From Thermoplasmata archaeon (GTDB lineage Archaea > Thermoplasmatota > Thermoplasmata > UBA10834), in assembly GCA_041554135.1 (NCBI GenBank), contig JBFFML010000002.1:22212-86211 (forward strand): a DNA stretch of 64,000 nucleotides. Direction: 5' to 3'. Below are positions 28,805 through 39,286 of this stretch, one piece after another (positions within the stretch are counted from its first letter, which is position 1; the number at the start of each line of letters is the position of its first letter). Below the pieces are notes generated by a model. It had not been told where the DNA came from and did not search any database. It worked only from the letters and a program-made list of their open reading frames with translations. The position numbers and the translations under genes are program-made.

Positions 28805-28997
28805 GCACAAATGATGGCAAGGCACGATATATACTCTTCTCGTGGGCCAAGGGGGTTCGGCGTTGCGGCCCCTGTCAGATGGATAGGATTCCCGGCACTA
28901 TTTTTACCTGGTATGCGCTATGCCGAGCCGTCCGGGCCACGATTACCAGGGACCATCGCTACAATCGCGAGGGCCCGCGTGCCTGACCGGTGCTCTC

Positions 28998-29687
28998 ATG
29001 TCTGAACGTGCCGAATTGGCTGCCATGAAGAAACGGGCGAGGTTGATCGACTCGAAGCTGACTTCCGAATACGGGCGTAAGGTCCGAACAGATGCCGAAA
29101 ACCCGCTCGACACACTTATCGAGACGATACTGTCACAGAACACCAGCGATGTCAACTCCGGACGTGCCTTCGAGGCGCTCAAGAGGAGGTACCCTGCTTG
29201 GCCCGACATACTCGCAGCACCTCAATGTGAGGTTGCGCAGACTATTCGTTCCGGCGGTTTGGCGGAGATAAAGGCCCGCCGTATCAAGAACGTCCTGCGA
29301 TTACTAATGAATGAGCGGGGCGCCCTCAGCCTGGACTTCCTTGACAGCATGGATGGGAAGGATGCCGAGAAGTGGCTCACCAGCATCGAAGGCGTCGGCC
29401 CGAAGACCGCCGCCATAGTCCTCCTGTTCTCGCTCGGCAGGCCGGCGTTTCCTGTTGACACGCATGTATTCAGAGTCTGCAGGCGCTTGGGCCTCACGAG
29501 CCACACCTCGTCCAGGGAAAACGCGCAGAGGGAACTGGAGCAATTGGTGCCGCTCGACGAGTACTACAACATGCACATTAATCTGATCGAGCACGGCAGG
29601 AAGCGATGCAGAGCCCGCAAGCCTCTCTGTGACGGATGCGTCATCTCGGGAGTGTGCGAATATTTCCGCCTCGGCCTCAAAGGATAG
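28998..29687 (+). CDS. nth: Endonuclease III
   Basis: ILSQNTSD, HhH GVGPKTA with lyase Lys, FPVDTHV.R, C.ARKP.C..C.....C. Confidence 0.92.
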   Translation: MSERAELAAMKKRARLIDSKLTSEYGRKVRTDAENPLDTLIETILSQNTSDVNSGRAFEALKRRYPAWPDILAAPQCEVAQTIRSGGLAEIKARRIKNVLRLLMNERGALSLDFLDSMDGKDAEKWLTSIEGVGPKTAAIVLLFSLGRPAFPVDTHVFRVCRRLGLTSHTSSRENAQRELEQLVPLDEYYNMHINLIEHGRKRCRARKPLCDGCVISGVCEYFRLGLKG

Positions 29688-29720
29688 CCTTGATATACTG
29701 GCTATCGTCCTCCATAACCA

Positions 29721-30125
29721 ATGCGATATCGTCTCTTGGAACACACTGCAGATGCGCTCATCGAAGCGTATGGCGAATCTCTCTCTGATAGGTTCGCAAG
29801 CGCCGCATATGCCATGTTCGACCAGATCACCGACGTCGGTGCTATCGAAGCTGTAGGCGAGGTCAAGATCACAGTTACTGCTGACAGCCGCGAGCGCCTG
29901 CTTGTCGACTTCCTTCAGGAGCTTCTGTATCTGCATGACGCTGAGAACCTCGTGTTCAGCGACTTCGACATCGATATAGACGGTCTGTCGCTCAAGGCGA
30001 ATGCGAGAGGAGAGGAGTTTGACCCTGAGAGGCACTCGAAGAAAGCCGTTGTGAAGGGAATTACATATCACGAGCTGAAGATCGACGATGAGAACAAGAA
30101 GGTAGTAATTCTACTGGATGTATGA
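29721..30125 (+). CDS. Archease
   Basis: LEHTAD start, KGITYH, C-terminal LDV. Confidence 0.93.
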   Translation: MRYRLLEHTADALIEAYGESLSDRFASAAYAMFDQITDVGAIEAVGEVKITVTADSRERLLVDFLQELLYLHDAENLVFSDFDIDIDGLSLKANARGEEFDPERHSKKAVVKGITYHELKIDDENKKVVILLDV

Positions 30126-30136
30126 GGTGACGCTGC

Positions 30137-31096
30137 ATGAGAGCTTCCGCGAAGGCGCATCCGATTCAAGGCCTGATCAAGTATCACGGCCTCAGGGATG
30201 AGGCCCTGAGAATACCGTTCCATGACTCCATATCGGTAGCGACCGCTCCGACCGTGACCCACACGACCATTGAGTTCGGAGACTACGACACAGATTCGGC
30301 GTCCATAGACGGAGTCAAGGCATCGGCGAGGGAGATGGAGCGTATTTTGGCCGTGGTCGACGTCGTGAGGACCAGAGCGGACCTCGACCGACGCTTCAGG
30401 ATGGAGTCCAAGAACAACTTCCCGTCCAACGTGGGTCTGGGGGCTTCAGCGTCCGGCTTCGCCGCGTTGGCTGTATCAGCCTGCGCAGCCGCTGGTCTGA
30501 GACTCACGCATGAGGAGATGTCTGTGATCGCGAGGAGAGGCGCCGGCTCGGCAGCGCGTTCGGTCACAGGGGCGTTCTCCCTGTGGAAGACAGGTCATGA
30601 GGACGAAGACTCTTACTCCTCCCAGATCGCCTCCGAGGAGTTCCAGATGGGCATCGTGGTCGCCCTCATCCCGGCTCACAAGTTCACCGACGACGCTCAC
30701 AGGGATGTCGTCCAGTCCCCATTCTTTCATTCGAGACTGGCCTACATCCACGGCGCGATAGCACAGATGAAGAGCGCCATAAAGCGCAGGGACGTCGGGG
30801 AGATCGGCAGGCTGGCCGAGAAAGACTCGTTGATACTACACGGCATAACGATGACGGGGGTCGAGGAGCTCATCTTGTGGCGCCCCGAGACGGTCAAGGT
30901 CATCCTGGAGGTCAAACGCATCCGAGAAGAGGGTATTCCAGCGTATTTCTCGATTGACACGGGGGCAACTGTCTACGTTAACACGCTTCCGGAGCATGTC
31001 AGCGCCGTTAGGGACCGGATCCACGCCCTTGGGATAGAGACCATGGAGTGCGGCGTTGGTGGAGCCGCCAGGACGACTGAGGATCATCTCTTCTGA
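30137..31096 (+). CDS. mvaD: (Di)phosphomevalonate decarboxylase, GHMP family
   Basis: AHPIQGLIKYHG, NNFPSNVGLGASASGFAA, RRGAGSAARS, FSIDTGA. Confidence 0.88.
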   Translation: MRASAKAHPIQGLIKYHGLRDEALRIPFHDSISVATAPTVTHTTIEFGDYDTDSASIDGVKASAREMERILAVVDVVRTRADLDRRFRMESKNNFPSNVGLGASASGFAALAVSACAAAGLRLTHEEMSVIARRGAGSAARSVTGAFSLWKTGHEDEDSYSSQIASEEFQMGIVVALIPAHKFTDDAHRDVVQSPFFHSRLAYIHGAIAQMKSAIKRRDVGEIGRLAEKDSLILHGITMTGVEELILWRPETVKVILEVKRIREEGIPAYFSIDTGATVYVNTLPEHVSAVRDRIHALGIETMECGVGGAARTTEDHLF

Positions 31097-31842
31097 GTCC
31101 GTTCCCATGATTCCTTCTGTATCCTGATCGCCTCGTCCATCGATATGTTTCCGGTCGCAACTCTGCCGGCGAGTTCCTTTGACACCGTTATCTCGCCGTC
31201 GCTACTGATGCGACTGAGCCTCTGGATGTTGCGTATCTCACCTGGTCCCGGAGATATCCTCTGCTTCTTTCTGGGGGCGTAGCCCGGTTTCAGAGCGATT
31301 TCCACCGCAGCGTCTTCGTGACGGGCCCTCGCTCTCCGAGTTGTGTTCCTCTCATCCACTATCTCGCTGATGTATCCCATGTCCCACAGTATGTTGAAGA
31401 TCCTGTTACGATTCGTCCTGTCCCCGTTGCCGACCCTTATCAGGACGGTGGATGGCTCGTAACGCTCTATGATGTCATACACGGCCCCTCTCACGTCTTC
31501 GGGGCGCGGGACTATGATCTGCGCGATAACGGCCCCCTCCGCCAAGACCGCGATCCCGGTCGTCTGGCCTGGGTCTATGCCGATTGTGAGCTCTTTGACG
31601 CCGTCATCCCCTGCCAGCATACTCTTCGCCTTTGCGATGGCTCGGTCGGGATCCGCGTCCCACACCACTCTGTCAAAAGGGACTCTGTGCCGCTCTCGCT
31701 CCGTAGTCATGATCACGGAGATGTTTGCCGGTATGGGCTCTGAGAAATCGAGCGATCGGTGGGCGATTCCTCCTTCCCTCAGCGCCGTCAGCAGGTCGTA
31801 ATAAGCGCGAGGGTCTTCCGTCAGTATGCCGACCAGCCTCAT
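31084..31842 (-). CDS. Conserved hypothetical protein with YqgF/RNase H-like domain
   Basis: IGIDPG.TTGIAV, IRVGNG, VDE.NTT and D.A.EIA pattern. Confidence 0.65.
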   Translation of the reverse strand: MRLVGILTEDPRAYYDLLTALREGGIAHRSLDFSEPIPANISVIMTTERERHRVPFDRVVWDADPDRAIAKAKSMLAGDDGVKELTIGIDPGQTTGIAVLAEGAVIAQIIVPRPEDVRGAVYDIIERYEPSTVLIRVGNGDRTNRNRIFNILWDMGYISEIVDERNTTRRARARHEDAAVEIALKPGYAPRKKQRISPGPGEIRNIQRLSRISSDGEITVSKELAGRVATGNISMDEAIRIQKESWERTQKR

Positions 31843-31882
31843 TCGACCTCAATCTCTGTTCGGAGGGATAAAGACTTTTTGG

Positions 31883-33034
31883 CTATCCCTTCTTGCGGAA
31901 GCCGCCGAACCGCGATTTCTTGCGGTCAGTCGTTCCATACTGCCCAACGGATTCGGTGAATCGTCTCATCAGCTCCTTCTGGTCCGCCGTCAGCTTGGTG
32001 GGCGTCACCAGCTTCACATTCACGAACTCGTCTCCGTTGCCGTATCCGTGCAGGTCGGGCATGCCCTTACCTTTCAACCTGAAGACCGTCCCTGTCTGAG
32101 TCCCAGGGGGTATCTTGACCAATGCGGTTCCATTCAGCGTCGGCACCTGGACTTCAGCCCCAAGGGCGGCTTCGCCGAAGGATATCGGCACCTCGACGTA
32201 TAGGTTCCTTCCCTGGCGGTCGAAGACCTCGTGAGGGGCTATGTGGACTACTATGTACAGGTCTCCGGGCGGGCCGCCGTTCACGCTCGCCTCACCGCCT
32301 CCCCTGACGCGCAGCCGCATGCCCTCATCCGCTCCTTTGGGGATGGAGATGTTGATCTTGCTCGTCTGGTTGGTGTATCCCGCTCCCTTGCACGCGGTGC
32401 AAGGCTTGAGTATCTTCTTACCCGAGCCGCGGCAATCGGGGCAGTTCGATATCGATACGAAGCTGGTGTACCCTCGCGTCTGTCCTCTCCTGACCTGACC
32501 CGAGCCTTGGCATGTTGGGCAGCTCTCGATGTCCTTCTTGAGCGCGCCTTGTCCGTGGCACGCCTCGCACTGCACCGAACGAGGTATCTTCAGGTCCTTA
32601 TCGACGCCTTCCGCGGCCTCCTTAAGAGTTATCTCGATGTCGTATCTCAGGGAATGGCCTTCCTGTGGGCCGGCCCTATGCCCCCCACCGAAGAACTGGT
32701 CGAAGATGCTCCCTCCGAAGCCAGAGAACCCGCCGAAGATGTCGCTTATGTCCTCGAAATGCGTGAAGTCCGACCAGTCGAAACCGCCTCCTCTGAACGT
32801 GCTCTCGACACCTGCGTGGCCATAGTTGTCGTACTTGGTCCGCTTGTCGGGATCGACCAGCACCTCGTAGGCCTCCGATATCTCCTTGAACTTCTCCTCC
32901 GCCGCCTTCGGCTCGTCCTTGTTCTTGTCGGGATGATACTTCATCGCGAGCTTCCTGTAGGCCTTTCTGATGTCTTCGGCAGAGGCGTCCCTGCCTATGC
33001 CAAGGACGTCGTAGTAATCACGTTTTGAAGGCAT
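31883..33034 (-). CDS. dnaJ: Chaperone DnaJ
   Basis: J domain with HPD, G/F region, four CxxCxGxG repeats. Confidence 0.98.
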   Translation of the reverse strand: MPSKRDYYDVLGIGRDASAEDIRKAYRKLAMKYHPDKNKDEPKAAEEKFKEISEAYEVLVDPDKRTKYDNYGHAGVESTFRGGGFDWSDFTHFEDISDIFGGFSGFGGSIFDQFFGGGHRAGPQEGHSLRYDIEITLKEAAEGVDKDLKIPRSVQCEACHGQGALKKDIESCPTCQGSGQVRRGQTRGYTSFVSISNCPDCRGSGKKILKPCTACKGAGYTNQTSKINISIPKGADEGMRLRVRGGGEASVNGGPPGDLYIVVHIAPHEVFDRQGRNLYVEVPISFGEAALGAEVQVPTLNGTALVKIPPGTQTGTVFRLKGKGMPDLHGYGNGDEFVNVKLVTPTKLTADQKELMRRFTESVGQYGTTDRKKSRFGGFRKKG

Positions 33035-33126
33035 CTCAAGACCTCGGTTTCAGGTGACGGCTCGAAGGCGCAACCCTGACCATGAAAGACTGAAAGGTGA
33101 TGAAAGAGGTTTTGGTGTGCGCGGGG

Positions 33127-35016
33127 CTACTTCTCCTGGTCCTCGTCGTCCACGATCTTGTATTCGGCGTCGACATAGCCCTTGTCATCGCCTGAGGGCG
33201 CTCCCTCGCCACCGCCGTCCGTGGGCGGCGGCGTCTGCTGCTGCGCCTGACTGGCGGCGCTGGCCTCGTAGACCTTCTTGCCGACTTCCAGGAGGGCTTT
33301 GTCGAGCTCCTCCATCTTCTGCTTGATTGCCGCGACATCGTCTGCGGCCAGAGCAGCCTTCAGCTCCTCCGCGAGTCTGCCCAGGCTGTCCTTCAGGTCC
33401 TGGGGTATCTTGTCGCCCATCTCCTCTATGATATGGCCGACCTCATAGACCTTGGCCTCCGCCCGGTTCTTCACATCCACGGACTCCTTCCGCTTCCGAT
33501 CCTCGTCAGCGAACGTCTCGGCGTCCTTGATCATCTTGTCTATGGCGGTCTGGTCGAGCTTCGTCGTCGCCGTTATCGTGATCTTCTGCTCCTTCCCCGT
33601 TCCCAGGTCTTTGGCCTTGACGTCGATTATCCCATTCGCGTCGATGTCGAAAGTCACCTCTATCTGGGGCACACCCCTCGGCGCCGGCGGGATGCCTATC
33701 AGGTGGAACCTTCCGAGGCTGACGTTGTCGACTGCCATCGGCCTCTCGCCCTGGAGCACATGGACTTCCACGCTTGTCTGGCCGTCCGCGGCGGTGGAGA
33801 ACACCTCGCTCTTACGGGTCGGGATCGTCGTGTTTCTCTCGATCAGCTTGTGGAACACGCCTCCGAGGGTCTCGACTCCCAGCGACAAGGGCGTGACATC
33901 GAGCAACAGGATGTCCTTGACGGTCCCCTCTATGACGCCTCCCTGGATCGCGGCGCCCATGGCGACGCATTCCATCGGATCGACGCCTCGCTCGATCTTC
34001 TTGCCTATGACCTCCTCCACGAACCGCTGGACAATCGGCATCCTCGTCGGTCCGCCAACGAGGATTACCTTGTCCACCTGCTCCGGGCTGAGCTTGGCGT
34101 CTTCGAGCGCCTGCTTCATCGGGCCTTTGCACCTTTCGATGGTGGGCCTCACGAGGTCCTCCAACTTCGCCCTCGTCAGCTTCATGGCCAGATGGCGGGG
34201 TCCCGACGCATCCGCGGTCAGGTACGGAAGGTTGATCTCGGTCTCCATGGTGGTCGACAGCTCGATCTTCGCCTTCTCCGCCGCCTCTCTGATCCGCTGC
34301 GCTGCCATCTTGTCCTTCGAGAGGTCCATCCCGTGCTCGGCGTTGAACTCCTTCATTATGTATTCGACCAAGGTGTTGTCCATGTCAGTGCCGCCAAGCT
34401 GTGTGTCCCCGCTCGTGGAGACGACCTCGAAGACACCGTCGCCGAAATCCATTATCGTCACATCGAGGGTCCCACCGCCCAGGTCGAAGACCATTATCTT
34501 CTGGTCCTTCTCGGACTTGTCCAAACCGTATGCCAGTGCGGCAGCCGTCGGCTCGTTGATTATCCTCACGACCTCCAGACCGGCTATCGTCCCGGCGTCC
34601 TTCGTGGCCTGTCTCTGGTTGTCGTTGAAATATGCCGGGACTGTTATGACGGCCTTGCTGACAGGCACACCCAGGTAGGACTCCGCGTCCCTCTTTATCT
34701 TCTGCAGTATGAACGCGGATATCTGCTGTGGCGTGTACTCCTTGTCCCTCATCTTCACCTTGTGGTCGGTGCCCATCTTCCTCTTGATCCCATAGACGGT
34801 GTTCTCGGGATTCGACACTGCCTGCCTCCTCGCAGGCTCACCGACCAACATCGCGCCATCCTTGGTGACAGCGACGTAGGACGGGAACGCCTTCCCTCCG
34901 AGGCTGGTGCCCTCGGCGCTCGGGATGATCGTCGCCCTTCCGCCTTCTATCACAGCCGCAGCTGAGTTACTCGTCCCAAGATCTATGCCTATGATCTTCT
35001 CCTTAGATTCTGCCAT
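33127..35016 (-). CDS. dnaK: Chaperone DnaK
   Basis: [37 protein letters not shown]. Confidence 0.98.
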   Translation of the reverse strand: MAESKEKIIGIDLGTSNSAAAVIEGGRATIIPSAEGTSLGGKAFPSYVAVTKDGAMLVGEPARRQAVSNPENTVYGIKRKMGTDHKVKMRDKEYTPQQISAFILQKIKRDAESYLGVPVSKAVITVPAYFNDNQRQATKDAGTIAGLEVVRIINEPTAAALAYGLDKSEKDQKIMVFDLGGGTLDVTIMDFGDGVFEVVSTSGDTQLGGTDMDNTLVEYIMKEFNAEHGMDLSKDKMAAQRIREAAEKAKIELSTTMETEINLPYLTADASGPRHLAMKLTRAKLEDLVRPTIERCKGPMKQALEDAKLSPEQVDKVILVGGPTRMPIVQRFVEEVIGKKIERGVDPMECVAMGAAIQGGVIEGTVKDILLLDVTPLSLGVETLGGVFHKLIERNTTIPTRKSEVFSTAADGQTSVEVHVLQGERPMAVDNVSLGRFHLIGIPPAPRGVPQIEVTFDIDANGIIDVKAKDLGTGKEQKITITATTKLDQTAIDKMIKDAETFADEDRKRKESVDVKNRAEAKVYEVGHIIEEMGDKIPQDLKDSLGRLAEELKAALAADDVAAIKQKMEELDKALLEVGKKVYEASAASQAQQQTPPPTDGGGEGAPSGDDKGYVDAEYKIVDDEDQEK

Positions 35017-35037
35017 ATGCAACCTCACCTCTCCTCT

Positions 35038-35631
35038 CTATTCATCATCCGTGTCCTCTTTGTTGGCAACTTCATGATCGTCATCGTTGCTGGTCTCCCT
35101 CTGTGCAGGGGCCGCCACCTTCACCTTGGCACTTCGAATGACCTTCGGGCCGAGCATGTAGCCTTTCTGGAAGACCTCGACCACGGTCCCTTCGTCGACC
35201 CCGTCGTTCTCCTCCCTCATCATGGCCTCGTGGAGGAATGGGTCGAACTGTCCGTCCGTCCGTATCTCGGCCACTCCAGCCCTCTTCAGGGCTTGCACGA
35301 ACTGCCTGCGTATGCCCTCGAGCCCTTCCAGCGGTCTACTGCCCTTGGCCACGTCGTCGGAGCTTGCGACCGCGTTGTCGAGCGTGTCGAGCACGGACAA
35401 CATGTCCGCGATCAGGCTCTCGCTCGCAAGCAGCTTCCTGTTCGCCGCGTCGCGTTCGACGCGCTTCTTGTAGTTCTCGAACTCCGCCTGAGTCCTCTTC
35501 AAGGTGTCGGTGAGCTCATCGATCTTCCTCTCGCTGACCAGCAGAGGGTCTTCCGCCACGTCGGTCTTCTCGCCCTCCTTGGATTGCCGCTCGTCGTCCG
35601 TGGGGATGGAGTCCTCTGCTTTTTCTGGCAT
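35038..35631 (-). CDS. grpE: Nucleotide exchange factor GrpE
   Basis: AEFENYKKR, FDP.LHEA, QKGY......R.AKV. Confidence 0.96.
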   Translation of the reverse strand: MPEKAEDSIPTDDERQSKEGEKTDVAEDPLLVSERKIDELTDTLKRTQAEFENYKKRVERDAANRKLLASESLIADMLSVLDTLDNAVASSDDVAKGSRPLEGLEGIRRQFVQALKRAGVAEIRTDGQFDPFLHEAMMREENDGVDEGTVVEVFQKGYMLGPKVIRSAKVKVAAPAQRETSNDDDHEVANKEDTDDE

Positions 35632-35721
35632 CAGCGACCGCCTCCAGTGCGAGCGCCTGTCACAGCGCTCGGTTCCGAGTGCATGATTCTGGAAATTGAT
35701 TAAGGGGTTTGGAGCGGGGGT

Positions 35722-37353
35722 CTAGTCAAAACCGCCCTCGTCCATGTCGGGTGCGCTGGGTCCGCCCTTCCCGCCGTTGCCTCTTGAGGCGATGACGTCA
35801 TCGATGCGCAGGATCATGACCGCAGCGTCCGTGGCGGAGCTTATGCCCTGCTTGCCGACGCGGAGTGGCTCCAGCACCTTCTCCTTCCTCATGTCCGTCA
35901 CCTTGCCGGTGAAGACATTGATCCCGGCACTCGTCTTGCCTGACTTGTGCGCCTGCCTCAGCTCTATGAGGACGTCGATCGGATCGAGGCCAGCGTTCTC
36001 AGCCAGGGCTGTCGGCACGACCTCGAGGGCGCTTGCGAAGGCGTCGATGGCGATCTGCTCCCTCCCTCCTACGGAGGCGGCGTAGTCCCTGAGTTTGAGC
36101 GCGAGCTCCGTTGCGGTCGAGCCGCCGCCGGTGACGAGCTTCCCGTCCTCCACGGCGACCGACACGACGCTGATCGCGTCGTTCAGCGACCGGTCAATCT
36201 CGTCTATGACGTGCTCGGTGCCCCCTCTGATGAGTATGGAGACGGCCTTGGGGTTCTTGCAGCCTGTCACGAAGGTCATCCTGTCGTCCGCGATCTTCTT
36301 CTCCTCGACGAGGTTCGCCATGCCGAGGTCCTTCGCAGTTAGGTCGTCGAGCTTGGTGACCAGGTTCGCCCCGGTCGCCTTGGAGAGCTTCTCCATGTCG
36401 CTCTTCTTCACCCTGCGCACAGCGTAGACCCCCTTCTTCGAGAGGTAGTGCTGCGCGAGGTCGTCTATGCCCTTCTGACAGAACAGCACGTTCGCGCCGG
36501 ATTTGGTCACGATCTCGACCATCTTCTTCAACATGTTCTCCTCTTCCTCGAGGAACGCGTGAAGCTGACTCGGATCGGTGATCTCTATCTTCGCATCGAT
36601 CTCGGTCTTCTTGACCTCCATGGCCGAGTCTATCAGGGCAATCTTCGCCTTCTCCACGCGCTTTGGCATCGCGGCGTGGACAGCCTCCTTGTCGACGATA
36701 ATGCCCGCAATCATCGCGGTGTCGTCCATGGAGCCTCCCTGCTTCTTTACGACCTGGATGTTGTCGTCGTCGACATGCCACTTGCCATCGTCCTTCTTCT
36801 CGGCGACGGCGCTCACGGCGTCGACGGCCACCTTGGCAAGCAAGCCCCTCGAAGCAGACACGCTCTTGGATATCATCGCTGTCTTTGCGATGTCCAACAG
36901 CACGTCCTTCTTGTCCGGGGACACGTCTATCGCCAACTTCTCCAGGGTCTCCCGTGCCTTCTGCGCGGCCATCCTGAATCCGCCAGAGATCACCGTCGGG
37001 TGAACGTTCTGCTCGATCAGCGCTTCCGCCTTCTTGAGCAGCTCCCCAGCGAGTATAACTGCCGTGGTCGTCCCGTCGCCACACTCGTCGTCCTGGGTCT
37101 TCGCGACCTCGACGAGCATCTTCGCGGCAGGGTGTTCGACGTCTATCTCCTTCAGGATCGTGACGCCATCGTTCGTTATCACAACATCGCCCATGCTGTC
37201 GACGAGCATCTTGTCCATGCCCCTCGGCCCGAGCGTGCTGCGGACAGCGTCCGCGATCGCCCTGGCCGCAGTTATGTTGTTGAACTGGGCGCCCTTTCCT
37301 CTCTCCCTCTTGGTTCCTTCTTTCAGTATAAGAACCGGTGTCTGGCCAATCAT
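35722..37353 (-). CDS. Thermosome (group II chaperonin) subunit
   Basis: [26 protein letters not shown]. Confidence 0.97.
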   Translation of the reverse strand: MIGQTPVLILKEGTKRERGKGAQFNNITAARAIADAVRSTLGPRGMDKMLVDSMGDVVITNDGVTILKEIDVEHPAAKMLVEVAKTQDDECGDGTTTAVILAGELLKKAEALIEQNVHPTVISGGFRMAAQKARETLEKLAIDVSPDKKDVLLDIAKTAMISKSVSASRGLLAKVAVDAVSAVAEKKDDGKWHVDDDNIQVVKKQGGSMDDTAMIAGIIVDKEAVHAAMPKRVEKAKIALIDSAMEVKKTEIDAKIEITDPSQLHAFLEEEENMLKKMVEIVTKSGANVLFCQKGIDDLAQHYLSKKGVYAVRRVKKSDMEKLSKATGANLVTKLDDLTAKDLGMANLVEEKKIADDRMTFVTGCKNPKAVSILIRGGTEHVIDEIDRSLNDAISVVSVAVEDGKLVTGGGSTATELALKLRDYAASVGGREQIAIDAFASALEVVPTALAENAGLDPIDVLIELRQAHKSGKTSAGINVFTGKVTDMRKEKVLEPLRVGKQGISSATDAAVMILRIDDVIASRGNGGKGGPSAPDMDEGGFD

Positions 37354-37566
37354 GTCATACCTCCAATCCTGCTACTCTCATTTCCTGGGTTCAGAACGGT
37401 CCTTCCCCAGGCGTCAAGCTCGTATATGTTAGAACTTCTATATAAGCGTTGTCTAACGCGGTCGTCATGGAAAACCCGCGGGGAAACGCACGGTTAGCCA
37501 GCCCGCCCGCGAGCCCGTGTCTGCTGCACAGTTTTATATCCGAAACCGCCTTCGCCAGCCGCGGCA

Positions 37567-38172
37567 ATGAAGACAGTTCCCTTAGTTACGATTGAGAGCA
37601 GGGTTCCGTTCAAGAACTCTCAGCTTAAGCGGAGGATGACGGACGTCGTCGCCGAGCTGTCGAAGGCCTATGACAGCATATACGTCGTCGACGTCGACGG
37701 GATCCTGAAGAACAAACCGCAGCTCGACATCGCGCAGAGGATCTGCGACGAGCTGCCCGCACTCTACGAGGGCGGCGTGAGGTATTCGCAGAACGTCATT
37801 GACATGCTCATCACGGGAGCCGAGAAAGCAGTCGTAGGGACTAGCACTCTCGTCGACTTTTCGGAGCTCAGAGGAGCATTTAAGTTGTCAGAGAACATTA
37901 CCTTCAAAGTAGACTTCCGGGATGGGATCTTGAGTTTTGACCCCGACATTTCGGGCAGGGCCATCTCAGACCTCATAGCGGAGGTCGTCCAGATCGGCAT
38001 CGAGGACATAGTCGTGCCCGCGACGCTCGCAGAGGAGGCCTCACGGGTACGGCAGAGGGAGGACTTCACGTTGGGAGTCATGGCGCCCGTGTCCGAGAAG
38101 GAGCGGCTGGATTCGCTGGAAATCGATTACATGATATCCGAGGATGTCGGGAGCCGGGAGGACCATGAGTGA
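37567..38172 (+). CDS. HisA/HisF-related TIM-barrel protein
   Basis: YVVDVDGI, EGGVR...D.LITGA..AVVGT pattern. Confidence 0.65.
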   Translation: MKTVPLVTIESRVPFKNSQLKRRMTDVVAELSKAYDSIYVVDVDGILKNKPQLDIAQRICDELPALYEGGVRYSQNVIDMLITGAEKAVVGTSTLVDFSELRGAFKLSENITFKVDFRDGILSFDPDISGRAISDLIAEVVQIGIEDIVVPATLAEEASRVRQREDFTLGVMAPVSEKERLDSLEIDYMISEDVGSREDHE

Positions 38173-38656
38173 GATAGAGAGGAGCATCGCGGTTTTGTAT
38201 AAGAGGAAGGGCAAGGAGGTTCTGACCGAGAAGGAGTTCGTGTTCTCAGCTTCCATGGACCTGAGGTGGTTCTCTCCCAAGGACGCTCAGAAGCTGCTCG
38301 ACGTCGGCCTTGCCGGTGGGCTGTTGAAGAGGGTCGACGGCAACTTGCTCCCGACCTTCGACTACGGGAAGATCGATGTCCCAATCGATTACAGGCCGGA
38401 CACCAAACTGCTCAAGAACGCTTCGGTGAGACGAAAGGGCGATCTGTTCTCGGAGATGGTGGACACGATATCGAGGTCCCGTTCCGTCCCCAAGAGGGAG
38501 ATCGTGTCCAAAGTCAACAAGAAGCAGGAGAGAATGGGGATAGACATAGAGCCCGCAGTGCTGCTCGTGGCGTACGACTACGGATTGGATGTCGGCGGCT
38601 CCTACCTGGAGCGGGCGACCAACGAGGTCCTCAACCGGGATTCCCAGAGAGGCTGA
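38165..38656 (+). CDS. Conserved archaeal protein (DUF2240-like)
   Basis: EFVFSASMDLRWFSP.DA..L......GLL and FD...I.VP..YRP pattern. Confidence 0.75.
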   Translation: MSEIERSIAVLYKRKGKEVLTEKEFVFSASMDLRWFSPKDAQKLLDVGLAGGLLKRVDGNLLPTFDYGKIDVPIDYRPDTKLLKNASVRRKGDLFSEMVDTISRSRSVPKREIVSKVNKKQERMGIDIEPAVLLVAYDYGLDVGGSYLERATNEVLNRDSQRG

Positions 38657-38674
38657 GTCGCGCACACGCGCGCG

Positions 38675-39178
38675 TCAATCCTTCTTCGTCCTGATGAGGT
38701 CCGCTAGCGTCAGAGACCCTGAGCCGGTGGACCGCGGGGTCAATCGCTCCTCCGCCTCCTCGCTCACCTTCTCCTTGAGCACGATGCCGAGCGCCTTCTG
38801 AAGCTTCTTTATGAGCTTCTCGTCCGGTCTCATGCTCCCCGACTCGATCTTGCTGATGATGGTCTGCTTCTCGTTGAGCTTCATCGCCAGCTCCTTCTGC
38901 GTCATCCCGCTCTTGGCCCTCGCGTTTCTGATCCTCGCGGGGTAGTCGTCGACGAGCTCCTCCTTCTCGCCGTCCGCATACACATCCCTGGGCGTGTGTC
39001 TTCTCTCCCGCTGTTCGAGCCTCTGTCCGATGATGGGAGGAGGTCCCGAATCGGTGTCGGGCCGTTTCTTGGCCTCGTTGCCGAATTTTGCGCATTCGGT
39101 GCAAACCTCAAGAAGCACGCCCTCGATAACCACCTTCTTGCAGAAGGTGACGTCCTTGCCGCACAACTCGCAGACCAT
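38675..39178 (-). CDS. mbf1: Archaeal multiprotein bridging factor (Zn ribbon + HTH)
   Basis: CELCG...VC.ECAKFG, IR.AR...GMTQ.ELA HTH, LTLADL tail; divergent from PAN. Confidence 0.92.
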   Translation of the reverse strand: MVCELCGKDVTFCKKVVIEGVLLEVCTECAKFGNEAKKRPDTDSGPPPIIGQRLEQRERRHTPRDVYADGEKEELVDDYPARIRNARAKSGMTQKELAMKLNEKQTIISKIESGSMRPDEKLIKKLQKALGIVLKEKVSEEAEERLTPRSTGSGSLTLADLIRTKKD

Positions 39179-39286
39179 AAAATCACACTTCTGAACAGAG
39201 TCAGCAAAGGATAAATAGAGTATTTAACCTTATTACAACACAGACCTGGACAAATGGGAATCCACACTAAAACGGGGTGCACCGAA

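Noticed and set aside
33083-33106. Three TGAAAG repeats and a GTGATGA C-box-like word between dnaK and dnaJ
   Set aside because: Too short and irregular for CRISPR; no downstream D box; more simply a pyrimidine-rich terminator-like tract on the minus strand.
33433-34965. Long + strand ORFs (510 aa, 408 aa) antisense to dnaK, and similar ones opposite mttB, thermosome and hef
   Set aside because: Shadow ORFs caused by codon bias in GC-rich genes; no recognisable motifs.
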